A program made the position numbers and the translations under genes. Shown one piece after another: positions 37,475 through 51,270 of a stretch of DNA of 64,000 nucleotides; positions within the stretch are counted from its first letter, which is position 1, and each line of letters starts with the position of its first letter. The notes beneath the pieces were generated by a model. That model was not told the origin of the DNA. It saw only the letters and a list, made by a program, of their open reading frames with translations, and made no database searches. The stretch comes from Podarcis vaucheri (taxonomy: Eukaryota): the NCBI GenBank assembly GCA_965113315.1, contig OZ220365.1; one strand, given 5' to 3'.

Positions 37475-38878
37475 AAAGGCTATGACCGAGTGATCTGTGT
37501 GCCTTCTCTGCCTGCTGTCTGGTGGTAACTGTTGATGGCCTGCTTCAAGGCCTTACTCGCTCACTCTTTTTGATAATTATTATTTATGCACTTTCCATTT
37601 TTCCATTCACTCTTTCTATAGCTCTTTAATCTTTCAACTAGAGTTGGAGTCAACAGCCATTTCAATGGAGGACTCCTACAGAGCCTATTCTCCAATTAGG
37701 AGGACAGCTCTATCATTAGGCAGAGTCAGCAACTGCCTCAGGATAAAGATGCTAAGATGCTCCTCCTGAGCCTCCAGCCATTTTCCTTTGCTGTCATGTG
37801 GTCTTTCCTGGGCCCTCTAATCTGGCCTGTTGCCTCAGGTGTGGTGGGTGATTCTATCCCATCACGTGTGATGAAGTAAGACATGACTGCCACTACATAG
37901 AAGGAAGTGGGTGCGCCATTTTCATACTGCATATTTGAGTCCATTTAGAAGAAGAGCAGGATTTAATGCTCTTCTTAAGGGCAGTCTGTTAACAGTGCCT
38001 CTCTCATGATTCCCAGGCTTCACATTTCTCATTGTGCTGTTTTCTTTTATCGTCTCTCTGTCTTCTGCCAGAATCATGTGTCATTCAACAATGGTCTCTT
38101 TTCTTGGCTGTGACCAGAACACTTTGCAGTAAATTAGTCTTTACTGAAGAATGAAAAGGAGTGAGGATGTGCTTGTGTACCCGAAAAGCCTTGTTGTAGT
38201 TTACTTGGCAGTTAACATACAAGCTGAATGGCTCATTTGAATATAACCTGATGGAGTGTCAGGTGGTAGTTGGGCCTTTCAGTCTCTTAGATGTACATAC
38301 TGATTATTTCGCACACATGTGATTTGGTGGTAACTGGCAGCATGATTTAGAAAGGCGGTATAATCAGACAGAATACGATGCCTTCAGTGTGATGTTTCAT
38401 ATTCCACTTGTGATGAATAAAAAGTTCAAGAAGACCCTTTTGAAGAAAAACCTGATTATTATGTCAAGTCGGACAATCTATTTGCCTCTGAAAATTGTAA
38501 CCATTTTATTCCAGCAGGCAGATGAAGTAACAGCTTTGGGGAAGTGAATGGCATTTCTAGAAAAAAACTCATTTGCAATTGTCTTGTTCCCAGTGCCTTT
38601 TTCTAGGGCATGAAAAGAACTTGTGCTAACCTTGGAACAAATATGATAGATTTGGCAACAGTCTGAGTTGAGAAGACCTTCCTTGGCACCACTGCTCTCC
38701 TACTAGGGAGGACTCGTTGCAGCAGATTTATGACATGAAATCCATCCAACAATGGGGTTGAACAAATAGGAGCTACTATAAATCAAATATGTGGTAACTG
38801 GCACCTATTCTACCAAAGATAACACTTGTCACAAGGTGACTTTTTATTTAGCTGTAACTATCCCCTACTCTCCCTGCT

Positions 38879-38914
38879 ACACACACACACACAACACACA
38901 CACACACACACACA
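38879..38914. repeat. (CA)n microsatellite
   Basis: Directly visible in the sequence. Confidence 0.95.
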
Positions 38915-41900
38915 CCAACAAGCATACCTCCACATTGCCTGCCCAAGACTCTAAAATAGCCACAGTATGGTGGACTAGTACTGCTTTAGGATCCATATGA
39001 AGAGCCTCCACGTTCATGGTAGCAGGGATCTATTCTCAGAGCTGCAGCTTTCTCTTTATCAGGATGTTAGTTAAGTTATTTAGATTGGCAATCAGATCCC
39101 GGACAACATCCTCTAGGGAAACAAGCCTTGCTGTGTGTATTGTCACACACATCAATATTTCCACAGCAAATAAGTGGTGGGCAGCAGTGGACTATTTTTT
39201 TATTATTATCTCCTGTCCAGAGAATAACTATGCAAGACCCACTCCTGCAACGTAACTCACTAAAGGCACACTGCAAGAAAGTGTGATCCACAGTTTCTCC
39301 ACAGATACCACAATGTTTTAGACCATGTTGCTTTTTTTAACGATTGGGGAGGACATGTACGCAATCATTTAAGAAAAATGCACCTATAATCCTTGCCCAA
39401 TCACAGGTGCTGTGTGAGTTCAAATGAGAGCTCATATAGCATCATGCAATGGATAAGAGAAGGCACTGTGAATCAGGAAGTATGTGTTTAAATGCCCATC
39501 TCTGCCCATGAGTTCACACCAAGGAGAACTTAGGAAAGCCACACTTTCTAGACCAGCCATATATAATATAAAAATAATAATACCAACAACTTACAAACAG
39601 GGGTAGCCAAAGTGGTCTGCTCCAAATGCTATTGGATTCCAATGCCCATCAGCCCCAGCCAGCATGGCCAATGGTCAGGGGTTATGGGAGCCAACAATAT
39701 TTGGAGAACATCATGCTGATTTACAGGGCTACTGTCAGTAATGGGATGATGGCAGTACCTTTACCTCTACCTTGACAGGCTGTTGAGCTTTTTCCCCCTT
39801 TTCTTTTTGAAAAATTGCAAAAAAACAATGAGCTATTTTTGAGGAAAATCAGCAAAAAATGACACTGCTGACATTAGTTGCCATACGTCCGGATTTTCCT
39901 GGACATTCGGCCAATTTCTGCCCAGACACTGATATCAACTGCAGTATTCTAGGTACGTCCAGGAAATTCCAGATGTATGGCAACCCTAACACAATGCAGG
40001 TAACCAACCCCTTAATCTTTGGTCTTTAGCTGGGCTAACCAAGTGGATATCTGTCATGTATGGCTTGTTCCCTCCCCCCAGTGACTGTATCATATATGTG
40101 GATTTCTTGTAATCGCTGAAATTTGTAATCGCTGAAATTTGATAGCCCAAAGCCCAACACTGTTGAACATATATTTCCATGTGCTTCTACATCCTGGAGT
40201 ATGCAGAGGGAGGTTCTTCCCATATCCATTGATTCATGGGCAGCATAAGAAAACATGATGAGCACTGCTGGATCAGACCAAAGACCTATCTGGCCCAGTC
40301 TCCTGTTTCAAGCAGTGGCTAACCAGCTGCCTGGTTAGGCCACAGCAGGACATGAAGGGAGTTCCCAGTATCTAGGATTCATAGGCATAGTACATTTGAA
40401 CATAGAGGTCACATATAGACATCATAACTGGTGGGCATTAGCTGCTTCATGATGCATTATTTGGTTTAATCCCATTTTAAAGCCATCTACCTTGGTGGCC
40501 GTTATCACAACTTGTGGCAGCAAATCCCATAAATTAGTTCCACACTGTGGAATGCATCATAATTTACCTGCTAAAATGTTGGTTGCAGCCGTCTGGTATA
40601 AGTGTTTCAAGGTAAAGTGAGTAATAAATGGATAAAATGTCACAGTGTTTACTTTTGGATGTTCAATAATGCAGTAAGACCAGTACAGACATATGCGTAG
40701 GTACAAATTTGTGTTGACTTTAATGGGTGTTGGGTAGGGCTGAAGGAAAGCTTACCACAAAGCTTTTAGCATTAAAAGCAAAAAACCACCAATGTTCCTT
40801 TAGGCTAAGCACAAACATCTTCTAGGTGACTGAGCAATCGTGCCCTGAGAGGCAAACTGGGACACAGCCTTTTAATTGTATTGCACACCACCATATGCAG
40901 AAGAAAAGGCAGGTGCCACATAGGGAACTATGACAACGGTACAGCCAGTGGGATTCAAAGGACCAGATATCCCCGTTTTGCAACTTATAGACATCAAGGG
41001 CTGAACCTTTCAACACATCTTTCCTATAAATGCTACAAACTAGATTGAAATAATCAACTGGATGTAGTTATAATTCAAAATTACCCAATCCTAGCCATGT
41101 CTACTCAGGACATCCTAATGAACTCAATGGGTCTTGCATAAAGGTAACTCAGGTTTCTTGAAGAAAATGTTGCTCCAGAATTGTATATTATTCAGTCATA
41201 GTTATTCATAAATCAGTGCTCTTTAATTACTGAATATTACTACTGTAATTAATATTACTGATACTAATTACTACTCAGTTTTAAACAAGTCATGCTATAC
41301 ATTTGTTTATTAGTATTATTATTTTTTACCTTTATATCCCACATTTTCTCCAAGGCACCCAAGGTGCCATACATAGTTTTCCTCATTTTATTGTCATAAC
41401 AATCCTAGAAGTCTCCCCGGTGAGCTTCTCAGCTGGGTGGGGCAAATCCTGGTCTCATCGCCTCCCCAATCTATTTCCACATCCAGAATAAATGGTTATT
41501 ATACTAAAAAGCATTTTGGGAGGGGAAGCGGGTTGCTTCTACAAACTAGCATGGCTATTCTTTCACCATTATGGCTATATCATAGTACTGCATATAGTTC
41601 TGCATTTAAATAAGTAAATCAGAGGAGGGGAGTCATTGAGGTGGCGTTGCCGAAGATTTGACACTTGCTAAATTCTAGTTGCTTTGTAGAATTTCCTCCG
41701 GAGTGTGAAAATACGCCTTATCTTATAACTGGGTTCTACCCTCTAGTGAAGGATTGAAGCCTGCCTAGGATTTACCCCTTCACTCTCCAATAACTTTGAA
41801 CAGAAAATGAAAATCTCTAAATCACTCCTGGGGCTACACAAAAGAAAAGATAAGCCTTTCACACACTCTTTCCTTTCTGAATGAAGGCTGAGCTGCAACA

Positions 41901-43152
41901 AGGCAGGGAACCTACCCAAAGGTCAGAAAGCACCACTAGTGAACTTATGCTCAGGTTCTGAAGAGATAACAAAGTGCGCCTTCATTTTTCTCTTTAAGCT
42001 CCTGTCTTGCAGGAGTCTAATCAGGAAAATGTAACATAAGCAGAAGGCAAGGGTGGACTTCCAGCAAATGCACATGAATGGCATTATCAAAACCCACTTC
42101 ACTATTATACGTTGACAGCCCAAAACAAAGGGTTGTTCAGAAAAGCTAAAGGCATCTCGGTAAAGGTTAATTCATAGATGTAAGTTCTAAGGGTGTTTTG
42201 TTTTAAATTGTGTAATGTTTCTGGGTCCAAGAACAGGCACCAAGAATAAGGAAGAATTTAACAGAAAGAGCTTAATCAGAGCAGCTGCAAAGAGCCTCTG
42301 CTAAAACTGAAATTGAAGGCCTAAGGCACTGCTCTCATCCAGGGCAAGACCTCAGACTCCCAAGTTCTTAACATAAAGGGAGTGTGAACAAACTACAAGC
42401 TCTGTTGTTACAAAATGTATATTTAAAAATGTAATGTTTGAATGAGAGACATATGTATTTGGAAACACATGTACCATAAATGTCAGTGACCCAGGAATGG
42501 AAGCAGTTGTTGTTCAGTCAGTTTTTAGCTTGGATTTGGTGCCACCTTATCTGTTTAGAAAAGGCATCAGCAGGAACTCACTGAAACTCAGTTCCAGCAC
42601 CTCTCAGGTGGGCACCATTACCCATTCGAAAAGAATGAGGGAGGTGTTCATGGTGAGTTGCGGCACCTCTTTTTCTAGAAAAATAGCACTGGGCATCTAG
42701 TTGCTTTATTGGAATTAAAGGCATCAGAGAGTCCTGAGTCCATTTCACAACTTTGCCAGAGGAATCTCATAGAGTGGCTTTAAAAGGGGGAACTGCATCT
42801 TTTAAACAATGGGCACTTCTACAGTGATGCTATTTCCAAGTGGTATTATCCCGCATCCCAAAAATCACCCTGACAGATTATGTATAGCAATTGGCTGGGA
42901 GTGTCTCTTGCCACCAGATTGGGGAGAAGAGGCAGGGTGTACAGTGTGGCATGTGCTTACCTGGTACCATCAGTGTAATGAAGTGGCTTGAAAGGGTGTT
43001 CAAGCCTGCAGCTACCTGTCCTTCCCCTCCTGTGACAGCTGGTGCATTAGATGGAAGAACACTAAGATGAGCAGGTGAGACGCTTTGGGAGGTGACGTGT
43101 GCAAATGGAAGCCAGTCACCACAGGCTGTGTGATTTGGAAGGCTGGATACAG

Positions 43153-43436
43153 AAGGAGGAGGAGGAGGAGGAGGAGGAGGAGGAGGAGGAGGAGAGTAGT
43201 AGTAGTAGTAGTAGTTTGGATTTGATATCCCGCTTTATCACTACCCTAAGGAGTCTCAAAGCAGCTAACAATCTCCTTTCCCTTCCTCCCCCACAGCAAA
43301 CACTCTGAGGTGAGTGAGGCAGAAGTGTGACTAGCCCAAGGTCACCCAGCAGCTGCATGTGGAAGAGCAGGGAATCAAACCCGGTTCACCAGATTACGAG
43401 TCCACTGCTCTTAACCACACCACACCACCACACTGG
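43153..43436 (-). mobile_element. tRNA-derived squamate SINE (same family as 7238) with expanded microsatellite tail
   Basis: Reverse complement of the 7238 copy (TTTGGATTTGATATCCCGC..GGTCACCCAGCAGCTGCATGTGG..CTCTTAACCAC). The tail reads (GAG)n(TAG)n on the + strand. Confidence 0.8.
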
Positions 43437-44774
43437 CTTTGGGGGGTTGCCCAGTTTCACCCATCAGTGTGACCCTATTCACCATGAAGTCCCCCTATTC
43501 ACGATTAAGAGCCAGTCTCAGCTAAGAGGCTATGATCAAGTCTAGCCCTTGCACCAAGCAGAGTAACTCGCACAATCTGAGTTGAATTATTCTCACTGCC
43601 ACATAGCGTTTACCCTCTGCCTGTACTGAATAAAACATAGCCTTACTTAAGTCCCACAATATTGTATCTAGCATCTTTATCTAATCCAGATGCAAAATCA
43701 AGGGGGCACAATTAAAGTTGATTTGGCGCATTTACTCAACAAATCTCCCCTTTTCAGAGCAGAAAGTGTGGGATAACAGTTGACATCAGATAGCCTCCCT
43801 GCAAATGAATCAGAATGAATTGTCTGGAAGCAATCAATGTTTGACTCACATCATGTTATTTTCGCCTCTTACAATCAATTCATATTTCTTTTCCTGGAAT
43901 GCAAAAAATAAAAATAAAAAAAAATCTGAGGCCACAAATTAGCTGGCAGTCACTTCCGGTGCCATGGATGCTACTCCCTTAATCACAGAAGAATTGCGTT
44001 TGCAAACGGACGTGAGCTCTGCCACCTTGCTCTAAGTCAGTAAACAGCATTATCAGTAAATCACGTGCCTAGCCCTTGGGAAGAATTTATTATTATTCCC
44101 CCAACAACTCAGCATCAAGGATAAGTTACAGCTGTAATTCTAAATAGCTTTGATACCCTTGCTTGGTGACTGCATTGTTGTAATAAGCCGGCAGCCTGCC
44201 AAACATCCCTCCAGGGCTGTTATTCCTCTTTCAGCTATATCATTTTAATTTACATGGAAATTATCAATACTTTAAAATGGTACTTGTCCATCAAGCTTGT
44301 TTGTTTCCCATCTCCCTAAAGTGCTGCAATCCAAATCCAGATCATTGATTGGTTGAGCAGCCATAATAGCTCCTCCACATTCTATTCATATTGCTTCCCT
44401 CATTCTGCTCTAACTGACCCAAGACCAGCTGTTAGTGACTGTTCCTCTGCTAATCCTCACTAAATCACACTGCATTTCCTCCATTATTTAGTTATGCTAC
44501 AGCATTTAGTTATGCTTTTGATGTTGTTACATGGTGGCTGGTGTAATTATATTATACAAATATTTATCTACCAGGGCTGTCAGTCAGTTAAGACCTGTAA
44601 TCCTGTGCACAGATATGCATCTCTAAACTCCATGGAAGATTGGCATCAGAGGTATAGTAATAGAATGTTGAGTTGCAATCTAACATCCCAGTCCAAAGTA
44701 TGTTTACTCAGAATAAGTCCTGTAGCTATCAGGAAAACTTAATGTCCAATGTGTTTTGAACCATGGTCTAAATA

Positions 44775-45000
44775 CAGTGGTACTTCGGGTTGCATACACT
44801 TCAGGTTACAGACTCGGCTAACCCAGAAATATTGCTTCAGGTTAAGAACTTTGCTTCAGGATGAGAACAGAAATTCTGCTCCAGCAGTGCAGCAGCAGCA
44901 GGAGGCCCCAATAGCTAAAGTGGTGCTTCAGGTTAAGAACAGTTTCAGGTTAAGTACGGACCTCCGGAACAAATTAAGTACTTAACCCGAGGTACCACTG
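44775..45000 (-). mobile_element. Tc1/mariner MITE, family A (inverted)
   Basis: Same TIRs and TA flanks; internal sequence is reverse-complemented. Confidence 0.85.
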
Positions 45001-48000
45001 TACAATATAACCCTGCATATATGATTTATTGGATTTTTATTTCAGCCATCCTTTAGAAGGAACCCAGGGTGGCTATATGGCATTGGGTCAAAATTATACA
45101 AAAATCAAAAGCTACTACACTTACATCTATGTGAACCCTATTAACTTCAGCAGGGCTTAAGCATATGGAACTGTGCCCAGGTTGAACAGAAAACTAGTGG
45201 ATAACTCTGTTCTGATCCATACTTTAGTTTGGAAGGTGCGGTTCATTATAGGAATTTGCAAAGTCCAGAAACAATCCTAGTGTGGGCCATAACAAATCAT
45301 GTTCAATGCAGATGTAAATGGCTGCTTGTGTAGTGATCCTTAATTACATTTGGGTGAAATTCAACATTGTGCTAGCATAATTGTTCCATCAATGCAAGCA
45401 TTTCTCTGGGTGTTCTCTTGCCCTTTGAGGGTGGATTTGAAGGGAGGGGACACAACAGGGATAAGAAAGCCTTGTTGCACTGGTGCAAGTCCTTGTGCTG
45501 GCTTCTCCTGGTTAGTTGAATCTGGTCCTTTTGTTTTGAAACATGAATTTAAAGCCCCTGAAACAAAAGCACACCCCAAATCTAAGGGCTTATCCACACT
45601 TCCTCTAGTGCCACTGCTTCCCTGCCCCACCCCCACCCTGGTAAAATCACTGTTTAGTGTTCAATTAGAGCAAACGGCAATTTGGGTTTGTTCCACATTG
45701 CCATTTGTTCCGCTCTATCGCTAAAGAGCGGGTTTTCCCTTGGAAAGGAGCAGGGTAAGGAGAAAGCCATTCAAACCCATGCCTAGAAAGTACATGTCGG
45801 GCGAGAAACTGCTCAGGCCCATGCTTTGTAGGCAAGAAACAAGCAGAAGTGTGGGTGAGCCTTAAGGCTGTATAGCTGTATTTCATCAATGTTCATCAAT
45901 GGAGCATTGCCCAAATAGAGAACTTCATGGGAATTCCTAGCCCAGGAGTGTGCCTCCTCATTTTATCAAGTGTACATACCACAGAATACAACTGAGGAGC
46001 TTTTGCCTATTTCATGGAGCCATTTGTTTATGACAACTGCCGTTGGCGTTATTCGCCAGTTGCCTAGCTGGATAGCATTATCAGCCATACCTATTTGTAT
46101 TGTTATATTAATGGATCATTTATATCAGTTAGTTTTTTGTAGATACTCTGATTAGTTTATTAATTTGTATATACTGACTTTAGAACAAATTCAGAGGTGG
46201 ATGCCTTTGCCTATTGTAATTCAAAGCACATTAAGAAACCATTTCTTGTTTGTTAAAAAGGTCCTGTAGAGGTTAAATTCAAAACAGGGCCATTTCATAT
46301 TTTCGTCTACTTTGCATGATTTATGCAAAATAGATCAAACTTTCCATTGTGTTACTTTATGGAAGTATGTGTTTCTAAATATATTTCTATGTATGTGCCC
46401 CTTTATAAATATTTAAATGGTCTTTCACTACTTCTTTTTGAAAAATGGTAAAGGTTCGTCGTTACACTCTCTGGTATCATGGGCATGATAGAATAATATC
46501 CCCTCATTATCATGCCTATTCATAGAAACATGAGTACATCAAAAGTTAGGATGCTTCTGAGATTTTTCTCATCCCTTTCCTGAAAATGAGTATGAACACA
46601 TTGTTTGCTCTCTTTCTTTTTTTAGGGCTGTTTGTATCAATATGGCCATACAGGGGGACATAATTGGGTTCAATTATGAGGAGACAGACTGGGGATACCA
46701 CCTCCCTCCTCTCTCCTTCTCTGTGGTGTTTTGCCAGTGCACAAACTGCAGCCACTGGAGCCGGATTGGTTTGATGGCAGCAGGGCTTGTTCAGGATGCT
46801 CTAAAAGCACTAAAGGATTATTACCTGCAATAATATGGCTCTTTTCTTTTCTTTTCTTTTCTTTTCTTTTCTTTTTTGCAAGGTTTGAACTGCAGGCAGT
46901 TAAAAAGGGTGAGGGAAAGTGTGCATTATCCGGTTCCATAATTAAATTTTAGAAATTATCCTAGTTAATTCAGAAGTAGTGCAACACTAATCAGAGTAAA
47001 TCAGAGGACCAATAGAAGAAAAGAACCGTGGAAATCATCCCAATCCTTAGTAGTATTAGTAGTATAAAAGTGGGCCCAACACTTTTCTCTTACAAAAGCC
47101 TCTCACCAACCATCCCAGACTAGGTTTGATATTTTGTGTATTGTCTTAATTATGCTGTTGGTTTATTGCCTCTAAATTTTATATATTTCAATAGCTGTGT
47201 TTTAGCTTTGTAATGTAAGGCCTCCTGGGATATATGTTAAAAAGGGTGGTGTATTGATACCTTAAACAATGGGTACAGCAATCTGAACCCCTTATTGTTG
47301 AGTGGGTGAAAATGAGTGTTCTGAGGGTGCATAGAGTCTGAGCCAGCCTGGAATCTTCTGGATCCTGAACCAGCCCCACTGCTATTATATGCTAGCTTTA
47401 GGCTTAATCTGAGGCCAGTCACTGCAGCAGCTCCTGGCTGGCACAGAGATTTGCCTGCCCATCCACCTTCCACCCTGTCTGGCATAAGCAGATGTGGTGA
47501 TAGCACTTGTCCATCAAGTGTCACTGCTGCCTAGCCAAAGTTTGGACTGCAGCCTAAAAAGAGTCAGGAGAGAGAGTCTTTGTCTATTGAATAGACACCT
47601 CATTTTCCTAAGGGGCATAACAGCTGATCAGTTCCGTGATGGGATCTGTACAAGTCCTTCACAGTGCTAACGCTTTGCTAGAAAGTGAAAGCCAAGACTG
47701 TGTCCATAATCAGATTGCTGGATGTCAGGTTTATTGTCTCACACATTATGCTGCTGCATCTTGAGTATAGCAGATTTGTGCAGCAACAACAACAAAACAA
47801 AAACCCCAAGCTATATGTGTTATAAAAACGACAAATTATTAATCTGGAATATTCATACTCAGTTCATTCCCAGAGTCTCTTTGGTCATTTGCCACCTCAA
47901 AGCCTATGACTTATGTAGAGTTTATTAACTCCAATCTTTCTTCTCTTGTGCTAACTCTAGAAGGGAATAGCTTAAAAGAATTTCATTTTGGAAACAAATC

Positions 48001-48519
48001 GTGGAATTCTGAGAGGCAATCTTATCATAATTATGTCGCTTTTTTCACTTCCTGGCTGAATGTTTAAATACATTTCTTAATTATTCTTATCCTCGTTTTA
48101 CATCCCAGCATTCTTAGCAGAGGGAACTAGGCAGTGAAATGAGAAAATAAGACTTCTGCCCAAATCCTAATTATGATGAATTAGGAATGATAAAAGATTT
48201 CAGTTGAAGACAATGAAGAAAGGGGAGACTGGAGAGCAGAGAGAATTGAATGGGGTGGTGAGAACTGTAACTGTTTTTCCAAGTACTTTACAGAAGACCT
48301 CATCCGAATAAAAGAATGACTATACTAACTCCACCTCACCCACAGCAATCTTAAACCAATGACTCTCCTTCACTGGATGTTTTTAAGCAGATATTGGATG
48401 TCCATCTGTCAAGGATGCTGAAGTTGAGATTCCTGCATTGTCCTCTCCAACACTACAATTCTATGAGCCACAACAAAGACTGAACACAGATTTTGCCCAG
48501 GTGGGGATGCAACTGAGGT

Positions 48520-49971
48520 GTTTTTTGTTTATAATAATATTTATTAGTTTTCCAACAAATTGAACACAACACTACCAAAAAACAAAGGAAAAAATACAAT
48601 AATACAATACAATACAAAAACAAAAACAAAACAAAACTGCAAAGCACTAACATACAACTAACAAAACAAAACAAAAACCATTTAAAACACAGTCCAATTT
48701 CAATATCTTATCTTTCTTTCACTAATTTCCATGACCTCCTCACACCTCCCTTTTTGTATTCCACTTCTATTAACTGTTTCAGCAATTCCTTTCCATCTTC
48801 CTCTGTTTTCTATCCTATAATTGTCTTAACACATTCTAACCTTATTTTTCCCTTTAATGCTCTAATAATCTATTTTCATACTTAATTCCTTATAACATTT
48901 CTACTAAAGCCATATAACTTCATTCCAACATCTTTCTAACATTCATTAATTTTACAGTATTTCTGTAAATAGTCTTTAAACTTTTTCCAGTCTTCTTCCA
49001 CCGACTCTTCTCTCTGGTCTCGGATTCTGCCAGTCATTTCCGCCAATTCCATGTAGTCCATCAACTTCATCTGCCATTCTTCCCTGGTGGGTAAATCTTG
49101 TGTCTTCCAATATTTCGCGATGAGTATTCTTGCTGCTGTTGTTGCATACATAAAAAAAGTTCTATCCTTCTTTAACACCAATTGGCCGACCATGCCCAGG
49201 AGAAAGGCCTCTGGTTTCTTAAGGAAGGTATATTTAAATACCTTTTTCATTTCATTATAAATCATCTCCCAGAATGCCTTAATCCTTGGGCACGTCCACC
49301 AAAGGTGAAAGAATGTACCTTCAGTCTCATTACGTTTCCATTATTATTGGGCAAATGGTAGATTTTTTGAAGCTTAATTGGTGTCATGTACCACCTATAA
49401 ATCATTTTCATTAAATTTTCTCTTAAGGCATTACATGCCGTAAATTTCATACCTGTGGTCCATAACCGTTCCCAGTCAGCCATCATTATGTCATGTCCAA
49501 CATCTTGTGCCCATTTGATCATAGCTGATTTCACCGTTTCTTCCTGAGTGTTCCATTTCAACAGCAAGTTATACATTCTTGACAAATTCTTAGTTTTTGG
49601 ATCTAACAATTCTGTTTCCAATTTTGATTTTTCCACCTGGAACCCAACTTTTTTGTCCAATTTGTATGCCTCCATTATTTGATAGTAATGGAGCCAATCT
49701 CGCACTTTGTTTTTCAATTTTTCAAAGCTCTGCAATTTTATTCTCTCCCCATCTTGTTCCAGAATTTCCCAATATTTCAGCCATTTGGCCTCCATATTGA
49801 CTTTTTTTGTGTGCCTTCGCTTCCATTGGTGACAACCATCTTGGGGTTTTTTTCCTAACAAATCCTTATATCTTATCCAAACATTAAACAATCCTTTTCT
49901 AACAATATGCTTTTTAAATGCTTTATGTGCTTTTACCTTATCATACCACAAATATGCATGTCATCCGAATA
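48520..49971 (-). mobile_element. 5'-truncated L1-clade LINE (same family as 36613-37474)
   Basis: Frameshifted ORF2 C-terminus (ORFs 49262..49951 and 48936..49265), nearly identical in protein to the other copies. TSD GCAACTGAGGT at 48509-48519 and 49972-49982. Confidence 0.9.
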
Positions 49972-50771
49972 GCAACTGAGGTTTGTAACTAATGCCATAC
50001 AGCTGATAACAAAATGGAAGTTCTCCGTAAAGGTGAATGTTGCATCTATGAATCCATATTGTGGCATATGGCAAAACCAGAATAACAGCATGCTGTGAGA
50101 ATCTGAAGCACAATCTATTTTTAAAAAAGAGATGCCGGAGTCTGCATCACCTTACATAGTAGGTTTCCACTGTCATGTATTATTGGATGTGTCTGTGATA
50201 TGAGTTGCGGTATTTACTCCACTAAGCCTCTCATGGACCAACAGCAAAACCCAAATCCGTGTAGACAAGGTTGACTTGGCTTTTTATATTTCTTGGGTGT
50301 TGAAACTGAAAGTGCAATCTTACATGTGTCTACTCAGAAGCAAGTCCCACTGCATTCAATGGGCCTTGCTCTTAGATTGAGTGAGCACGGTATTGGAAAC
50401 TGAGAGATTTCCAAAGAGTGTGCAAAAAGAGAAATAGCTACTAGTGTGGGAATGTTGTAGATACTAGGAGAGGATATATTGATTTAAGAGTATCCTTCCT
50501 AACTCACACTTGTGAGTCAGCAGCCGAGCGACATTCCCCTATGTATAGCAGGAAGCTAGTTGGTAGATTTGTTTGAATCTCTTTACTTAAGCAATCCAGT
50601 CTGGTTTTGTTCATATTGGAGTATATTCCTGGTAAGACCCCTTTTATCCCTCCTAAAAAGAATAAAAACACAAGAAGCTTCTTTTCAATATAATAAGTTT
50701 ACTCACATTCAGTTCATAGTTGGATCCCTGAAGGCAGGCTTCAGCTTAGAGTTACAGAAAAGGGTTTGAGT

Positions 50772-51270
50772 CAGGGCCGGATTTAGGTTTGAGGCCCTAA
50801 GCTACTGAAGGTAATGGGACCCTATATATGTCCAGCTGTCCTTTGTCAACAACAAATTGTTGCTGTTTTTGTGTGTTGAATATATGCTATATGGTAATTT
50901 ATGGACCTAATAGGTATCTAAAGCCATTTGCACATAACAAAATATGTATTTTATCACAGTAATTGTTGAAATGAAATACAATTAAGAAGTATATTCATAG
51001 TGAAATAATTATTAAGCTCTAACTTAAAATTATTTTTTATTCATAAAAAAATTTAGGGAGCAGACTAGCAGGTAGGGCGCATTACTTGCATCATAGGAGC
51101 CTACACAACACAAAACACTGTTGCTCTATGTAGGTTTTATTTTATTTGTTTTTAATCTTATATTTTGGAAATGTACATCCAGGGTTTTTTTCCTTTAATT
51201 TTTTTGGGGGCCCCCAAAAGAGTGGGGCCTAAACTATAGCTTGTCTAGCTTATACGTAAATCCGGCACTG
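50772..51270. mobile_element. hAT-type non-autonomous DNA transposon
   Basis: TIRs CAGGGCCGGATTTA / TAAATCCGGCACTG and a perfect 8-bp TSD GTTTGAGT (50764-50771 and 51271-51278). Confidence 0.9.

Noticed and set aside
43600-44300. Repeat-free stretch that might be a conserved non-coding enhancer
   Set aside because: Conservation cannot be judged without alignments.
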